Origin: Candidatus Magasanikiibacteriota bacterium | GTDB lineage: Bacteria; Patescibacteriota; Patescibacteriia; Magasanikbacterales; UBA922 | Length of the DNA stretch: 53,678 nt | Assembly: GCA_016193335.1 (NCBI GenBank) | Contig: JACPSK010000006.1 | Coordinates: 1 to 53,678 of the forward strand | Reading direction: 5' to 3' | Shown: positions 9,043 to 19,759 of the stretch, piece after piece | Layout of the letters: each line of letters starts with the position of its first letter | How positions within the stretch are numbered: the first letter of the stretch is position 1 | Position numbers and translations under genes: made by a program | Notes under the pieces: model-generated | The model's database searches: none | What the model was told of the DNA's origin: nothing | What the model saw: only the letters and a program-made list of their open reading frames with translations

Positions 9043-10683
9043 ATGGCCAAACTCAAAAGAACGAAATTTATTTTTGTGGCGGGCGGTGTCTTGTCCGGAG
9101 TGGGCAAGGGAGTAACATCCGCGTCACTCGGAGCCATATTCAAGTCAAAAGGATTTTCGGTTACTGCTCTCAAAATAGACCCTTATATCAATATAGACGC
9201 CGGCACCATGAACCCCACTGAACACGGCGAGGTTTTTGTTCTTGATGACGGAGATGAAACAGACCAAGACATGGGGAATTACGAACGTTTTCTTGATACA
9301 GATTTGAGCTCTGCGAATTATATGACCACGGGTCGAGTGTATCTGAGTGTTATTCAGGCAGAACGGGCCATGAAGTACAAGGGCAAAAATGTGGAGGTGG
9401 TTCCCGACATTCCGCGAGAAGTCATACGACGGATCGAGGAGGCCGCCAAACGCGCCGAAGCTGAAATCGTGATCACTGAAATAGGGGGGACCGTGGGGGA
9501 GTATCAGAATATTTTGTTTCTTGAAGCGGTTCGTGAAATGAAACTCAGAGCCCCCAAAGATATTGCCGTGGTATTGGTGAGCTATTTGCCTATTCCTTCT
9601 CATCTCGGCGAGATGAAGACCAAGCCTACCCAGCACGCCCAGCGCCAGCTCAATAGCGCGGGATTGCACGCGGATATGATTATAGCTCGGGGCTCCACTA
9701 CTTTGGATGAAGTTCGCAAACAAAAGCTTGCCATGCTCTGCGGCGTTCCCAAGGAATATTCCATTTCCGCTCCGGATGTTGAATCTATCTATGAGATTCC
9801 TCTCAAATTGGAAGAGCAGAATACAGGAAATAAATTATTAAAAGTATTGGAACTCAAGCCCAAAGCGAGTAATCTGGCCAAGTGGAAACATTTTGTCCAT
9901 TCTATAGCCCATCCGTTTAAAGAGGTTCGGATAGCCGTGGTTGGCAAGTATTTTGGAACCGGAAAATTCACCTTGGCCGATTCCTATATATCGGTCATCG
10001 AGTCTGTAAAACACGCGTCCTGGCATTATGGAGCCAAACCTGTTTTAGATTGGATTGATTCTGAAGAATTCGAAAAAAATCCCAAAAAACTTAAAGAATT
10101 GAAAGCCTATGACGGTATCATTGTGCCCGGGGGTTTTGGGCATCGCGGAGTGGAGGGGATAATACTCGCCATCAATTTCGCGCGTACAGAGAATATTCCT
10201 TATTTCGGTCTTTGCTACGGAATGCAGCTCGCTTGCGTGGAGTTTGCTCGGAATGTCCTGGGCAAAAAAGGAGCCAATACCGTGGAGATGGACCCCAAGA
10301 CTCCTTATCCCATTATTATCGTAAATCCTTACCAAGAACGAAATATACAGCAAAACAGGTACGGCGGCACTATGCGCCTCGGCGCTTATCATTGTGCTAT
10401 AAAAAAGGGAAGCAAAGCGCATAAAGCATACAAAAAAGATCATATTTCAGAGCGCCACAGGCATCGTTATGAGTTCAATAACGAATACAGAGATGAAATG
10501 GCCAAAGCGGGCATGGAGGTAGCGGGGGTTAACCCGGAATCTGATCTTGTTGAAATTGTTGAGCTCCGCGATCATCCTTTTTTTCTGGGAACCCAATTTC
10601 ACCCTGAATTCAAAACAAAGCCCATGCGGCCGCATCCTTTATTTCAAGCTTTCGTTGGGGCGGCCTTGAAAAGCAAGACTTGA
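9043..10683 (+). CDS. pyrG: CTP synthase
   Basis: GGVLSGVGKG, KIDPYIN, GLCYGMQ, ERHRHRYE, QFHPE. Confidence 0.98.
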   Translation: MAKLKRTKFIFVAGGVLSGVGKGVTSASLGAIFKSKGFSVTALKIDPYINIDAGTMNPTEHGEVFVLDDGDETDQDMGNYERFLDTDLSSANYMTTGRVYLSVIQAERAMKYKGKNVEVVPDIPREVIRRIEEAAKRAEAEIVITEIGGTVGEYQNILFLEAVREMKLRAPKDIAVVLVSYLPIPSHLGEMKTKPTQHAQRQLNSAGLHADMIIARGSTTLDEVRKQKLAMLCGVPKEYSISAPDVESIYEIPLKLEEQNTGNKLLKVLELKPKASNLAKWKHFVHSIAHPFKEVRIAVVGKYFGTGKFTLADSYISVIESVKHASWHYGAKPVLDWIDSEEFEKNPKKLKELKAYDGIIVPGGFGHRGVEGIILAINFARTENIPYFGLCYGMQLACVEFARNVLGKKGANTVEMDPKTPYPIIIVNPYQERNIQQNRYGGTMRLGAYHCAIKKGSKAHKAYKKDHISERHRHRYEFNNEYRDEMAKAGMEVAGVNPESDLVEIVELRDHPFFLGTQFHPEFKTKPMRPHPLFQAFVGAALKSKT

Positions 10684-10697
10684 CGCATTTATCATTT

Positions 10698-12905
10698 TTA
10701 ATGGCAGAAACTTCGCAGTCTCCTGATGCTCAGGCTTTTGGCGTTTTTCGCTCGTCTTAAGGTCTCATTTTTATCTCCGGAAAGACCTTGTTCAATCCAT
10801 GTCTGTTTGAGCAAATTTTGTGTGAGATCTTGGATTTTTATTATTCCCCGTCTCGCGCCATGCTGGTACAAGCCATCCGTGCTCCAGCGTTGAGCGTGGA
10901 CATATTCGAGAGATATGGGAAGGCCGTCCGCGTATTCCACGCTTGAAATGATGGCGATATGATCTCGCATCTGGTCTGTTCCGGACTTTAAGATAACGAT
11001 CATATCGCCGGGTCTGATTTCTGATAAGAGTATTTCCACGCTGTTTTTTGAATCAGCGAGAGTCTCAACATTCGTATTTTCAAGATGTCTCAAATTTTTG
11101 ATCAGATTTCTAAGTGGGTTGATCGAGCTTGCCAGGCGTATTTGTTTTTTGAGCTTTGCTTTCCCTCGGGCAACAGATTCTGCTTCCAAGACATGATACG
11201 CGAATCCGGAACAATCCACGCCCAGTCCATTTTCCACTAAAAATTGTTTTATTTGTTCAGGCTTGAACTCTTCCAAGGGTATATTTTTTTGCAGAGCCAA
11301 GAGTTCTGCCTCTTCAATGATTTCTTGAGGACTGCCTTTGCCGATCATTACGCCGAGCCCCGCTCTCAGCTTGGCTCGTTTGTTGTTTATATAAGGGCAA
11401 GATATAGTGAATCTTCCCCATTTCAGATGTTCGTAATTTTCGATGAGTCCAAGCGTTTTGTCGGACAAAGTAAGAATGTCTTCTTTTTTTGCTTCAAGCC
11501 CGGGATATTTTGGGTCAGAATCGGTTTGCTCAGCCTTTGCGGTTTTGCTTCTTGTGATCTGAATGGCCTTGTGAATCTCTTTTTTTGGCGCTTCGTTTAG
11601 ATTTTTCTTTTTTCGATTTTCGTATGCGCTGCTTATCTGGTTTTTAAGGGCCTCTTGAATCTGCTCGCCGATTTCATTAAACTGATTATGTTTTTTCATG
11701 ATTCCTTTTGGACTTTGGATCCTTATGAGATCGGCCCCTGTTTTTTGTCCTTCATATATCATCGTATTGAAACCTGAATTTTCAAGTTGCGTGGAAAGCC
11801 GACCTCGTTTTTCTTCTGTCATTGAGATCTCATCCGAATTCCGCAAAATGATTTGAGCGCCATCTTCGATTGGTATGGATTGGCAGGTTTTTGTTGTATC
11901 TTCGTTTAGAAGACTTAGGACGTGAAGCTCAAAAAGCGTCATGGCTTGGATTTTTTTATGTGTCTCATTTTGGCGGGCTTTATCTTGCAGTATGGACTCA
12001 AAGCTCGCGCTGGCCGGCTGGCGCATGTTTATTTCAAGAAGGTAGAGACGCTCACTCTTTTCGTCCATAATAAAATCAAGGCCAAAGAGCCCGCGCCAGC
12101 CCTCTTGATGGAGTTTTTTCCCGATTTCCTTGCTTATATTTTTGATACTTTCTGCTATTTTTTCTTTGGCAGAGAACCCAAGGCCCAAGGCCCAATCATT
12201 TCCAATGGTAGCGAATTTTTGGAAACTAAAAGGCTTAATGCCGGTGATTTGATAACTTAGGTTGCCAGTGATTACTGAGCCGTCCCTCGCCACGATATTG
12301 TTTATCGTGAGGCTGGGACCTCTTATGTACTCACTGACGCGAACTGGTCTTTGAGGAAATTTGGATTGAATGATTTCTAGGTTTTCTTTATTCTCCAAGA
12401 GAATCGTGCCGAGCCCTGTGTGCGATCTGTTGAATTGGAGAATGAAAGGGCGTCCGGGCCATTGGGCTTCTCTGCAGAGTTTTATTTCATGTAGTGGCAA
12501 ATACCTGGAAATCGGCCCGAGCCATTCTACTTGAGAAATTTTTTCTTCCACTTTTGATGCCAGTTTCGCCGAAGGGTTTAAAAGGTTCCATCCCTTGTCC
12601 GAGCATATTTGTTCTATAAGAGCAGTATTTTTGAAAACCATCAGGTTTGGTTTTGATTCGAATGTAAAAGATTCTATGATGCCTTTTTCAGACGCGCGTG
12701 TAAGCAATTCGTGTGTGTCGAGGGGACGGCTGTTTTCTATGAGTACAATATGTGTTCTGTCTTTTGTCAATGATTTGGCAAAGCCGGATGAATTTGAGAT
12801 AATATAAAAGCCGGGAGTATCCAGACCCAAGCCGATGGCACGCTCAAGATCCCTTGTTACGTAGACCACAGGATTCTTGCTCAGAGTTTTTCCGATTTCT
12901 TCCAT
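10698..12905 (-). CDS. ATP-grasp domain protein fused to a C-terminal NlpC/P60-like domain
   Basis: EEKISQ, HTGLGT, EYIRG, GLFGLDF, LLEINMR (ATP-grasp); GVDCSGF...RPGDMI...DHIAII...H (NlpC/P60). Confidence 0.65.
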   Translation of the reverse strand: MEEIGKTLSKNPVVYVTRDLERAIGLGLDTPGFYIISNSSGFAKSLTKDRTHIVLIENSRPLDTHELLTRASEKGIIESFTFESKPNLMVFKNTALIEQICSDKGWNLLNPSAKLASKVEEKISQVEWLGPISRYLPLHEIKLCREAQWPGRPFILQFNRSHTGLGTILLENKENLEIIQSKFPQRPVRVSEYIRGPSLTINNIVARDGSVITGNLSYQITGIKPFSFQKFATIGNDWALGLGFSAKEKIAESIKNISKEIGKKLHQEGWRGLFGLDFIMDEKSERLYLLEINMRQPASASFESILQDKARQNETHKKIQAMTLFELHVLSLLNEDTTKTCQSIPIEDGAQIILRNSDEISMTEEKRGRLSTQLENSGFNTMIYEGQKTGADLIRIQSPKGIMKKHNQFNEIGEQIQEALKNQISSAYENRKKKNLNEAPKKEIHKAIQITRSKTAKAEQTDSDPKYPGLEAKKEDILTLSDKTLGLIENYEHLKWGRFTISCPYINNKRAKLRAGLGVMIGKGSPQEIIEEAELLALQKNIPLEEFKPEQIKQFLVENGLGVDCSGFAYHVLEAESVARGKAKLKKQIRLASSINPLRNLIKNLRHLENTNVETLADSKNSVEILLSEIRPGDMIVILKSGTDQMRDHIAIISSVEYADGLPISLEYVHAQRWSTDGLYQHGARRGIIKIQDLTQNLLKQTWIEQGLSGDKNETLRRAKNAKSLSIRRLRSFCH

Positions 12906-13010
12906 AATGGAAAGAGTATAGTCAAAAACAGTGATTAAATCAAGGAAAAGGACCTTTAGGAATTTTTAATTTACAATAATCCCTTCAATTTTAAACTTCT
13001 GGGCTTAGGT

Positions 13011-13970
13011 ATGGAACATATTTACAAAGAACTGAAAAAATACGGCTCAGTCAAAATCGATGAAGCTTTGAAAAAACACACTACTTTTAAGATAGGGGGC
13101 AATGCCCGTTTTTTTGTGTCTGTTGAAAATACTGATCGTCTTGTGGAACTTTTGCGTTTTTTGGACGCGGAAGGGATCAATCACATGGCGATTGGTGGCG
13201 GAAGCAATATGCTCGCTCATGATTCTGGTTTTGACGGGGTTTTGATACATATTAATACCAAGCAAAAGAGCGTAGAAGATAATGAAATTAGAGCAGAAGC
13301 CGGCTGTATAACGGTTGATATCGCGCAGTTTTCAATACAACACGGTTTAACCGGTTTTGAGTGGGGTGTGGGAGTGCCCGGCAGTATAGGCGGCGCGGTA
13401 CGAGGCAATGCCGGGGCTATGGGTTCTCAAATGCAAGATTCTCTGAAGAGTATAAGGGCCTATGAAGATGGAGAAATTTTAGATATGAATAAGGAGGCCT
13501 GTGCTTTTGGCTACCGGGATTCTATTTTCAAACATTCGTCAAAGATCGTTTTGTCTCTTACTTTGTCGCTCAAAAAAGCAGAAAATAAAGAAGGCATGAA
13601 AACCGCTTTGGGGCATTTGGCTTACAGAAATAAGACTCAGCCCAAGGGCTTTGCTTCCACTGGTTGCATATTTAAAAATCCTGACACCGAAACCAACAAA
13701 GTTTTGCTATTGAAACATTTTGATTCTCAAGACGAAAAAGTAAAACAATTTTTGAAAGTGGGAAAAATTTCCGCCGGTTGGCTTATTGAAAACGCCGGTT
13801 TAAAGGGTCTGAAGCAAGGGCAAGCTCTCATAAGTCCGGAACATGGCAATTTTATCGTCAATCTGGGAGTCGCTTCTTCTTCTGATGTTGTGGGGCTTAT
13901 TGAAAAAATAAAAGAGACGGTTTACACTACCTATGGTATTCTACTGGAGGAAGAAATACAAATTATATAG
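13011..13970 (+). CDS. murB: UDP-N-acetylenolpyruvoylglucosamine reductase
   Basis: HTTFKIGG, GGGSN, GVPGSIGGAVRGNAGA, GCIFKNP, HGNFIVN. Confidence 0.96.
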   Translation: MEHIYKELKKYGSVKIDEALKKHTTFKIGGNARFFVSVENTDRLVELLRFLDAEGINHMAIGGGSNMLAHDSGFDGVLIHINTKQKSVEDNEIRAEAGCITVDIAQFSIQHGLTGFEWGVGVPGSIGGAVRGNAGAMGSQMQDSLKSIRAYEDGEILDMNKEACAFGYRDSIFKHSSKIVLSLTLSLKKAENKEGMKTALGHLAYRNKTQPKGFASTGCIFKNPDTETNKVLLLKHFDSQDEKVKQFLKVGKISAGWLIENAGLKGLKQGQALISPEHGNFIVNLGVASSSDVVGLIEKIKETVYTTYGILLEEEIQII

Positions 13971-13989
13971 CTATTATTAATGTTCCCAT

Positions 13990-14334
13990 ATGATGATTAC
14001 CATACACGCCACGGGCATGGATATGAATGAAACTCTGCGATTGTACGCCGAGGAAAAGATAAGAGGCCTGGAAAAATTTTTTGACAATATACAGAAAGCT
14101 GAAATAGATATGGGACTTCGAAACCATCACCACCAGAAAGGAAAAATATATTATGCGGAGGTGAATGTGCATGTGCCTAAACGTGTGATGCGTATTGTCA
14201 AAGAAGCGGAGGATTTGTACAAAGCCATAGACAAGGTGAGGGATCATTACAAAGTTGAATTTGACCGGATGAAAGGCAAACTGAGGGCCAAGGATAAAAA
14301 AATTTTGCGGGAGAATAAAATATATCAGGAGTAA
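13990..14334 (+). CDS. hpf: Ribosome hibernation factor HPF/RaiA
   Basis: LRLYAEEKI...EDLYKAID, S30AE pattern. Confidence 0.9.
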   Translation: MMITIHATGMDMNETLRLYAEEKIRGLEKFFDNIQKAEIDMGLRNHHHQKGKIYYAEVNVHVPKRVMRIVKEAEDLYKAIDKVRDHYKVEFDRMKGKLRAKDKKILRENKIYQE

Positions 14335-14345
14335 GAGTTATATTT

Positions 14346-14909
14346 ATGAGACGACAAAATTTTTTATACAAATATATCAAAGGGGATAAGTTTCTTAACG
14401 TCGGTAACGCAGAGTATGGAGGGGGGTATCATAATGATTTAATCAACAGATACCCGGAGGTGGATTTTTATGGGCTTGATGTCGCAAAATTAGATAATGT
14501 ACAAAGACAATTCATCGGATCCTGTGAAGATATGCCTTTCGATGATAATACTTTTGACACAGTATATATGGGCGAGGTCATCGAGCATGTTTGGAATCCT
14601 TTGGCGGCTGTAAAGGAAGCTTATAGAGTGCTTAAACCTGGCGGTTTGTATATATTCGACACTCCGAACCCTTACTCATTATCACGTATCTTACGTTACA
14701 GTCTGAAACGATCTGATCATCTTGGTAATCCTGATCATAAAATTTTTTTTTCAAGAGCGACAATAAATAAACTTTTAGCCATTGCGGGGTTTACTTTAGT
14801 AGAATTTACCACTGAAAATAATTTCAGCACTCATTTTTTCAGCTTTAATTTTCCAACTAAATTGTTCTGGCATTTTGGAGAGTGCTATTTGGTTGCCGCG
14901 AAAAAATGA
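14346..14909 (+). CDS. Class I SAM-dependent methyltransferase
   Basis: FLNVG, YGLDV, MPFDDNTFD, EVIEHV, RVLKPGG, TPN. Confidence 0.85.
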   Translation: MRRQNFLYKYIKGDKFLNVGNAEYGGGYHNDLINRYPEVDFYGLDVAKLDNVQRQFIGSCEDMPFDDNTFDTVYMGEVIEHVWNPLAAVKEAYRVLKPGGLYIFDTPNPYSLSRILRYSLKRSDHLGNPDHKIFFSRATINKLLAIAGFTLVEFTTENNFSTHFFSFNFPTKLFWHFGECYLVAAKK

Positions 14910-15129
14910 AATATTAGGGGATTGGGGTCGGCTCTCAATAACGAAGGTTCTGGAGCCGAGCTGGACAAAGAAAAGGCAGACCTTAGCCCGCCAGGTGAAT
15001 GCGCGGGCTGGGAGCCTCGCGAGCCCGGATGCAGTTGTCGCCCTGGTCTCTTTCATTTTTGCTGCCTCCCAGCAGGCAGAAATTTGCTTTATAATAGGCG
15101 ATTTTTGTGCTTTTGTCACAAGCTCCGCA

Positions 15130-16401
15130 GTAGATACAAATAAAAGGTTACCCAAATCACTTTTCTAATTCTGGTATCCCACAGTGTTTTTGTAAAGAAA
15201 ATACGACTTGTAATCGTCGGTCAATTTCACGCTTCATGGTCAGCGGATTAAGCGTTTCATGTTCTTGTCGTAATTTTGTTTTTACTGTTTCACTGACGTC
15301 GTTTCGTTCTAACACTCGTTGGTACGGTGTTTTAGATCGTTTTTCTCTCGTTACTTTCCATAGTGCTCCAATCCGTTTTTTTGCAACAATTCGGCGCGAA
15401 GCGACGAAGTGATTTAAATACGGTGTAAGCACATCGTACACAGAATTAAGCGCACTGACAACCTCGGTGGCGTCAAGGCGTGTATAACCAACCCACCGAC
15501 GGACAATATGTCCGTTACGTTCTTCCACAAAACAGTTATCATTTTTTCGGTTCGGTCGTGAGCGGGTGAGCCGTACGCCTTGCTCTTCACACCAATCATG
15601 GCAGTGCCAGTTAATGAATTCACTCCCCGAATCCGGATGCCATTCGACAACAGGAAAAGGGAGCTCTTTAATCATCTGTACCATGCTGGTAACGGTGGCC
15701 GTTTGCCCTTTGTTCAGTTGTGCGCGGCGGGCACCCCACAATGTTGGCACATCAGTCGCATTGACCGTGTAAATGAAGTCGCCGACGAGCGTGTGGCCAC
15801 AGTGCGCCACGATGTCAATTTGTTCGGTGCCAACGGATGCGGTATCCCAATCACCGCTACGCACCGGGATGAGGGTATGAATGGCTCCGGTGCTGGTCGT
15901 GCTTTTACCGTGGACAACGAATCGTTTTCGCGCGAATTTCACTACCCGCTTTTTCATGGCGCCAAGGCTCATAGCGAGAAGCTTGGTCGTTGCCTCCGTA
16001 CAGTGTTTCCACTGTTTATCTCTTACGAGAATATGTACGTAGTCGGATAGCACGCCGTGGAGGTTCTCCGCGCATGGTTCGCTCGCCGTGTCCCACACGT
16101 CTTTAAGGGCAGCGATGACATCGGGTGTGTAAACCGTTTTACGTCCTCGTCGTTCTTCCGTACCGGTTCGGTGCATCTGGATGCGCCGAAATGAGCGTGG
16201 TACCGACTTCGGATGAACTCCGGCGATGAAACAGATGTTTTCCACTATTTTTCCTCGTTTCTTTTTATCCTTCCTGGCTTTAAGCCATTCCTGTAAATGC
16301 TCCTGGTAGATGTTGTTTTTGGTGGTCATATTCATATGATCACCATGGTAACCGAATTAGTATCTACCCGACAGATTTCGGTAACTGTTATTTGTATCTA
16401 C
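15130..16401 (-). mobile_element. Insertion sequence with ~29 bp imperfect terminal inverted repeats (ISNCY/IS481-like DDE)
   Basis: Left end GTAGATACAAATAAAAGGTTACCCAAATC; right end (reverse complement) GTAGATACAAATAACAGTTACCGAAATC; no clear target duplication. Confidence 0.8.
15157..16335 (-). CDS. DDE transposase (rve integrase core)
   Basis: QIDIVAHCG, HPDSGSEFIN, TRSRPNRKNDNCFVEERN, KTPYQRVL. Confidence 0.88.
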   Translation of the reverse strand: MNMTTKNNIYQEHLQEWLKARKDKKKRGKIVENICFIAGVHPKSVPRSFRRIQMHRTGTEERRGRKTVYTPDVIAALKDVWDTASEPCAENLHGVLSDYVHILVRDKQWKHCTEATTKLLAMSLGAMKKRVVKFARKRFVVHGKSTTSTGAIHTLIPVRSGDWDTASVGTEQIDIVAHCGHTLVGDFIYTVNATDVPTLWGARRAQLNKGQTATVTSMVQMIKELPFPVVEWHPDSGSEFINWHCHDWCEEQGVRLTRSRPNRKNDNCFVEERNGHIVRRWVGYTRLDATEVVSALNSVYDVLTPYLNHFVASRRIVAKKRIGALWKVTREKRSKTPYQRVLERNDVSETVKTKLRQEHETLNPLTMKREIDRRLQVVFSLQKHCGIPELEK

Positions 16402-16624
16402 AACGAAGCTCTTGCGCAGAGTATATTTTTCCTGTAACATACTAGAGTTTTAGTTACTTATCTGTACAATCAGTCTCTTTTTATTATTTTTTAATTTCGA
16501 TCAGATCGGGCAAGCTGGTGTAATTTTCTGTAGTCTGTTTCGCAAAGGTCTGGTATGGGTGATATCCGCTGATTCGTTCGGATTCTCTCGGTAAGCTGGC
16601 GGAGAAATTGAATTTACTTTAATT

Positions 16625-19522
16625 ATGAACATCCTGGAAAAACTATTTGGAAATTTGAATAAAAAATATCTCAAAGAGATTACGCCTTTGGTGGCAGATA
16701 TCAATAAATTCGAAGCTGATTTTGAGCGTCTTTCAGGAACAGAGCTCAAGGAAAAGACTGCTGAATTCAGAGCAAGACTTGCTCAGGGTCAAAGTCTTGA
16801 GGATATTCTCCCGGAAGCCTATGCCGCGGTCCGGGAAGCGGCCAAGCGTACTCTCGCCATGCGCCATTATGATGTCCAGCTCATTGGAGGCATAGCTTTG
16901 CACCGAGGCATGATCGCTGAAATGAGAACCGGAGAAGGGAAGACCCTCGTTGCCACCTTGCCGAGCTATTTGAACGCGTTGGAAGGCAAAGGTGTTCATG
17001 TGATTACGGTTAATGATTATCTTGCCAAGCGTGATGCGGTGTGGATGGGCCAGATTTATGACGCGTTGGGCTTGAGCGTGGGAATTATTCAAAATTTGCG
17101 CGTTAGCTTTTTGTATGACGTTTCTTTTAAAGGGGGACAAGAAGGAACTCCTTTAGACACTGAACGCGATCAGGAGGGGAGTTTTAAAGTGGAAGACGAA
17201 TATTTGAAGCCGGCCACGAGACAAGAGGCTTATCGTGCAGATATCACCTATGGGACAAACAATGAATTCGGTTTTGATTATCTTCGGGACAATATGGTTC
17301 AGAATCTCGAAGATATGGTGATGCGTCCGGGCAATGAAATGCATTACGCGATTGTGGACGAAGTTGACTCCATTCTGATAGATGAGTCGAGAACTCCGCT
17401 TATCATTTCCGCTCCGACAGAGCAGGCCACCGAGCAATACTACCAATTTGCCAATTTGGTAAAACAGCTGAAAGAAAATGAAGATTATAACGTGGACGAA
17501 AAAATGCGGAGTTCCACTCTTACCGAGCAAGGCATCATGAAGTTTGAGGAGTGGCTTGGGATTGAAAATATATATGTGGAAGCGGGCATACGCACGGTGC
17601 ATCATATAGAGCAGGCTTTAAAAGCAGAGGTTTTGTTTAAACGAGACAAAGATTATATCGTGGATGATGGAGAAGTTATTATTATAGACGAATTTACAGG
17701 CAGAAAGATGCCCGGCCGCCGCTATTCCGAAGGTCTGCACCAGGCCATAGAAGCCAAAGAAGGAGTGCGTATCCAGCGTGAGAGCCAGACACTGGCCACC
17801 ATTACCTACCAGAATTTATTTCGCATGTACCGCAAACTTTCCGGCATGACCGGAACCGCGGAAACCGAAAAAGAAGAATTTTACAAAATTTACGGTCTCG
17901 ATGTTTTGGTTTTGCCCACCAACAAGCCGGATCAAAGAAAAGATCTTCAAGATAGAATTTATAAAACAGAACTTGGCAAATACAAAGCCGTGGCAGAACT
18001 TATACAAGAACGCCGAGATAGGGGACAGCCGATTTTGGTGGGCACTATTTCTGTGGAAAAAAATGAACGCTTGAGCGAATATCTCAATGCCTGTGGCATA
18101 GCTCACGAAGCCTTAAACGCCAAGAACCACGAGCGTGAGGGGCAGATTATCGCACAGGCCGGCCGTCCGGGCGCTGTTACTTTGGCCACAAATATGGCCG
18201 GCCGAGGAGTGGACATCAAATTGGGCGGCGCTCCGGTGGATTCGGAAGAAGAAGCAAAAGTAAAAGCCGCCGGAGGTTTGTTTGTGCTCGGAACCGAACG
18301 CCATGAATCCAGACGCATAGACAACCAGCTTCGCGGACGCGCGGCTCGCCAGGGAGATTTGGGTATGACGCAATTTTTTGTTTCAACCGACGACGATCTC
18401 ATGCGTATATTTGCCGGAGACAGGCTCAAAGGCGTAATGACACGGCTCAAAGTTCCCGAAGACATGCCTATAGAACAAAAAATGGTCACCCGGATGCTCG
18501 AGAACGCTCAGAAAAAGGTAGAGGCTCATCATTATGATATGCGCAAGCATCTTTTGGAATATGATGACGTGCTCAATAAACAGCGCGATGTTATATACAA
18601 AAAGCGCAGGGAAATTTTGGAACTGTACAAGACTCAATTTTTTTCGGTTTCAGAAACCTTGGATGGAGGATCTGCGGAACTTGGGGCCGCAAAAGATTCC
18701 GGGTCTGTATTGACATTGGACAATACAGAGACATCCGGGCTCATGGAGCCGGGGGACGCCGTTTTGCCTGTTGAAGAAAAACAAAAGAGCTTTGTTTCTC
18801 TTGAAGAGCTCATCATAGACATGATAGAGTCTGAAATTGAATTTGTCGTTGGTTTTCATACGAATACTGAAACAGGTCAAGATTGGAATATAAGCGAAAT
18901 TTACGAAACCATGAAAACCATATTTCCTTTCAATTCTTCTGAGAAAGAAAATTTTTTCGCTGTCGGCAAGCACAGAGGAAACAGCGATACCGCTGATTTT
19001 GAAGCCCGATCAAAACTCACCGAGTTTTTATCTGCCAAAGCCCGTGTTCAATTTGAAGTTTTGAGGGCAGAGATAGCTCGCCAAGCTCCCACTGAAAAAG
19101 ATTCAAAACATATATTCATTGAACTTCAAAAAAGCGTTTTGCTTCGTTCTTATGATGCTTTGTGGGTGGAACATTTGGTTTCCATAGATTATTTGCGCAC
19201 GAGCATAGGACTAAGAGGTTATGCTCAGCGCGATCCTTTGCTTGAATACAAACGCGAGAGTTTTTCTTTATTCAACCAATTGTTATCTGACATACAAAAA
19301 GAAGTCGTCTATACTTTTTTCAAGCTCTCAATAGGCATTCAGCTCGCGCCTTCGGTGATGGCCAACGATAAGATGACTCTCAAAGGAGCCGAAAAGACCA
19401 CTGTCACCGCGGGCGGTGAAGCGGTGGGCAAAGAGCGTTCTTCTGACGGAGAAAAAGTAGGGCGTAATGACCCCTGCCCTTGCGGTTCGGGCAAGAAATA
19501 TAAGCGATGTCATGGGGCTTGA
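16625..19522 (+). CDS. secA: Preprotein translocase subunit SecA
   Basis: [31 protein letters not shown]-terminal [14 protein letters not shown]. Confidence 0.98.
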   Translation: MNILEKLFGNLNKKYLKEITPLVADINKFEADFERLSGTELKEKTAEFRARLAQGQSLEDILPEAYAAVREAAKRTLAMRHYDVQLIGGIALHRGMIAEMRTGEGKTLVATLPSYLNALEGKGVHVITVNDYLAKRDAVWMGQIYDALGLSVGIIQNLRVSFLYDVSFKGGQEGTPLDTERDQEGSFKVEDEYLKPATRQEAYRADITYGTNNEFGFDYLRDNMVQNLEDMVMRPGNEMHYAIVDEVDSILIDESRTPLIISAPTEQATEQYYQFANLVKQLKENEDYNVDEKMRSSTLTEQGIMKFEEWLGIENIYVEAGIRTVHHIEQALKAEVLFKRDKDYIVDDGEVIIIDEFTGRKMPGRRYSEGLHQAIEAKEGVRIQRESQTLATITYQNLFRMYRKLSGMTGTAETEKEEFYKIYGLDVLVLPTNKPDQRKDLQDRIYKTELGKYKAVAELIQERRDRGQPILVGTISVEKNERLSEYLNACGIAHEALNAKNHEREGQIIAQAGRPGAVTLATNMAGRGVDIKLGGAPVDSEEEAKVKAAGGLFVLGTERHESRRIDNQLRGRAARQGDLGMTQFFVSTDDDLMRIFAGDRLKGVMTRLKVPEDMPIEQKMVTRMLENAQKKVEAHHYDMRKHLLEYDDVLNKQRDVIYKKRREILELYKTQFFSVSETLDGGSAELGAAKDSGSVLTLDNTETSGLMEPGDAVLPVEEKQKSFVSLEELIIDMIESEIEFVVGFHTNTETGQDWNISEIYETMKTIFPFNSSEKENFFAVGKHRGNSDTADFEARSKLTEFLSAKARVQFEVLRAEIARQAPTEKDSKHIFIELQKSVLLRSYDALWVEHLVSIDYLRTSIGLRGYAQRDPLLEYKRESFSLFNQLLSDIQKEVVYTFFKLSIGIQLAPSVMANDKMTLKGAEKTTVTAGGEAVGKERSSDGEKVGRNDPCPCGSGKKYKRCHGA

Positions 19523-19677
19523 TTTTGTTTTTTCCTTTTTTATCTCTGTCCTTTCTGAAGTTTTGACTCTGGGTTTACCAGACGAGCATGGTAATGTAGT
19601 TTTATTGACTCCGACGCGAAAAGTCCCAAATGGTGGAAAAATGTTCTAGATTTTCCCATAACTGGTATTATCAAGAG

Positions 19678-19699
19678 GATGCCCACAAGGCATCTTTTT
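19678..19699 (+). terminator. Possible terminator between secA and the terpene cyclase gene
   Basis: GATGCC-CACAA-GGCATC-TTTTT. Confidence 0.45.
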
Positions 19700-19759
19700 A
19701 GTTTTTTTTAATATAGCCTTGGTATTGTTTCATGTGCTTGTAACATAATTTTACATCGC

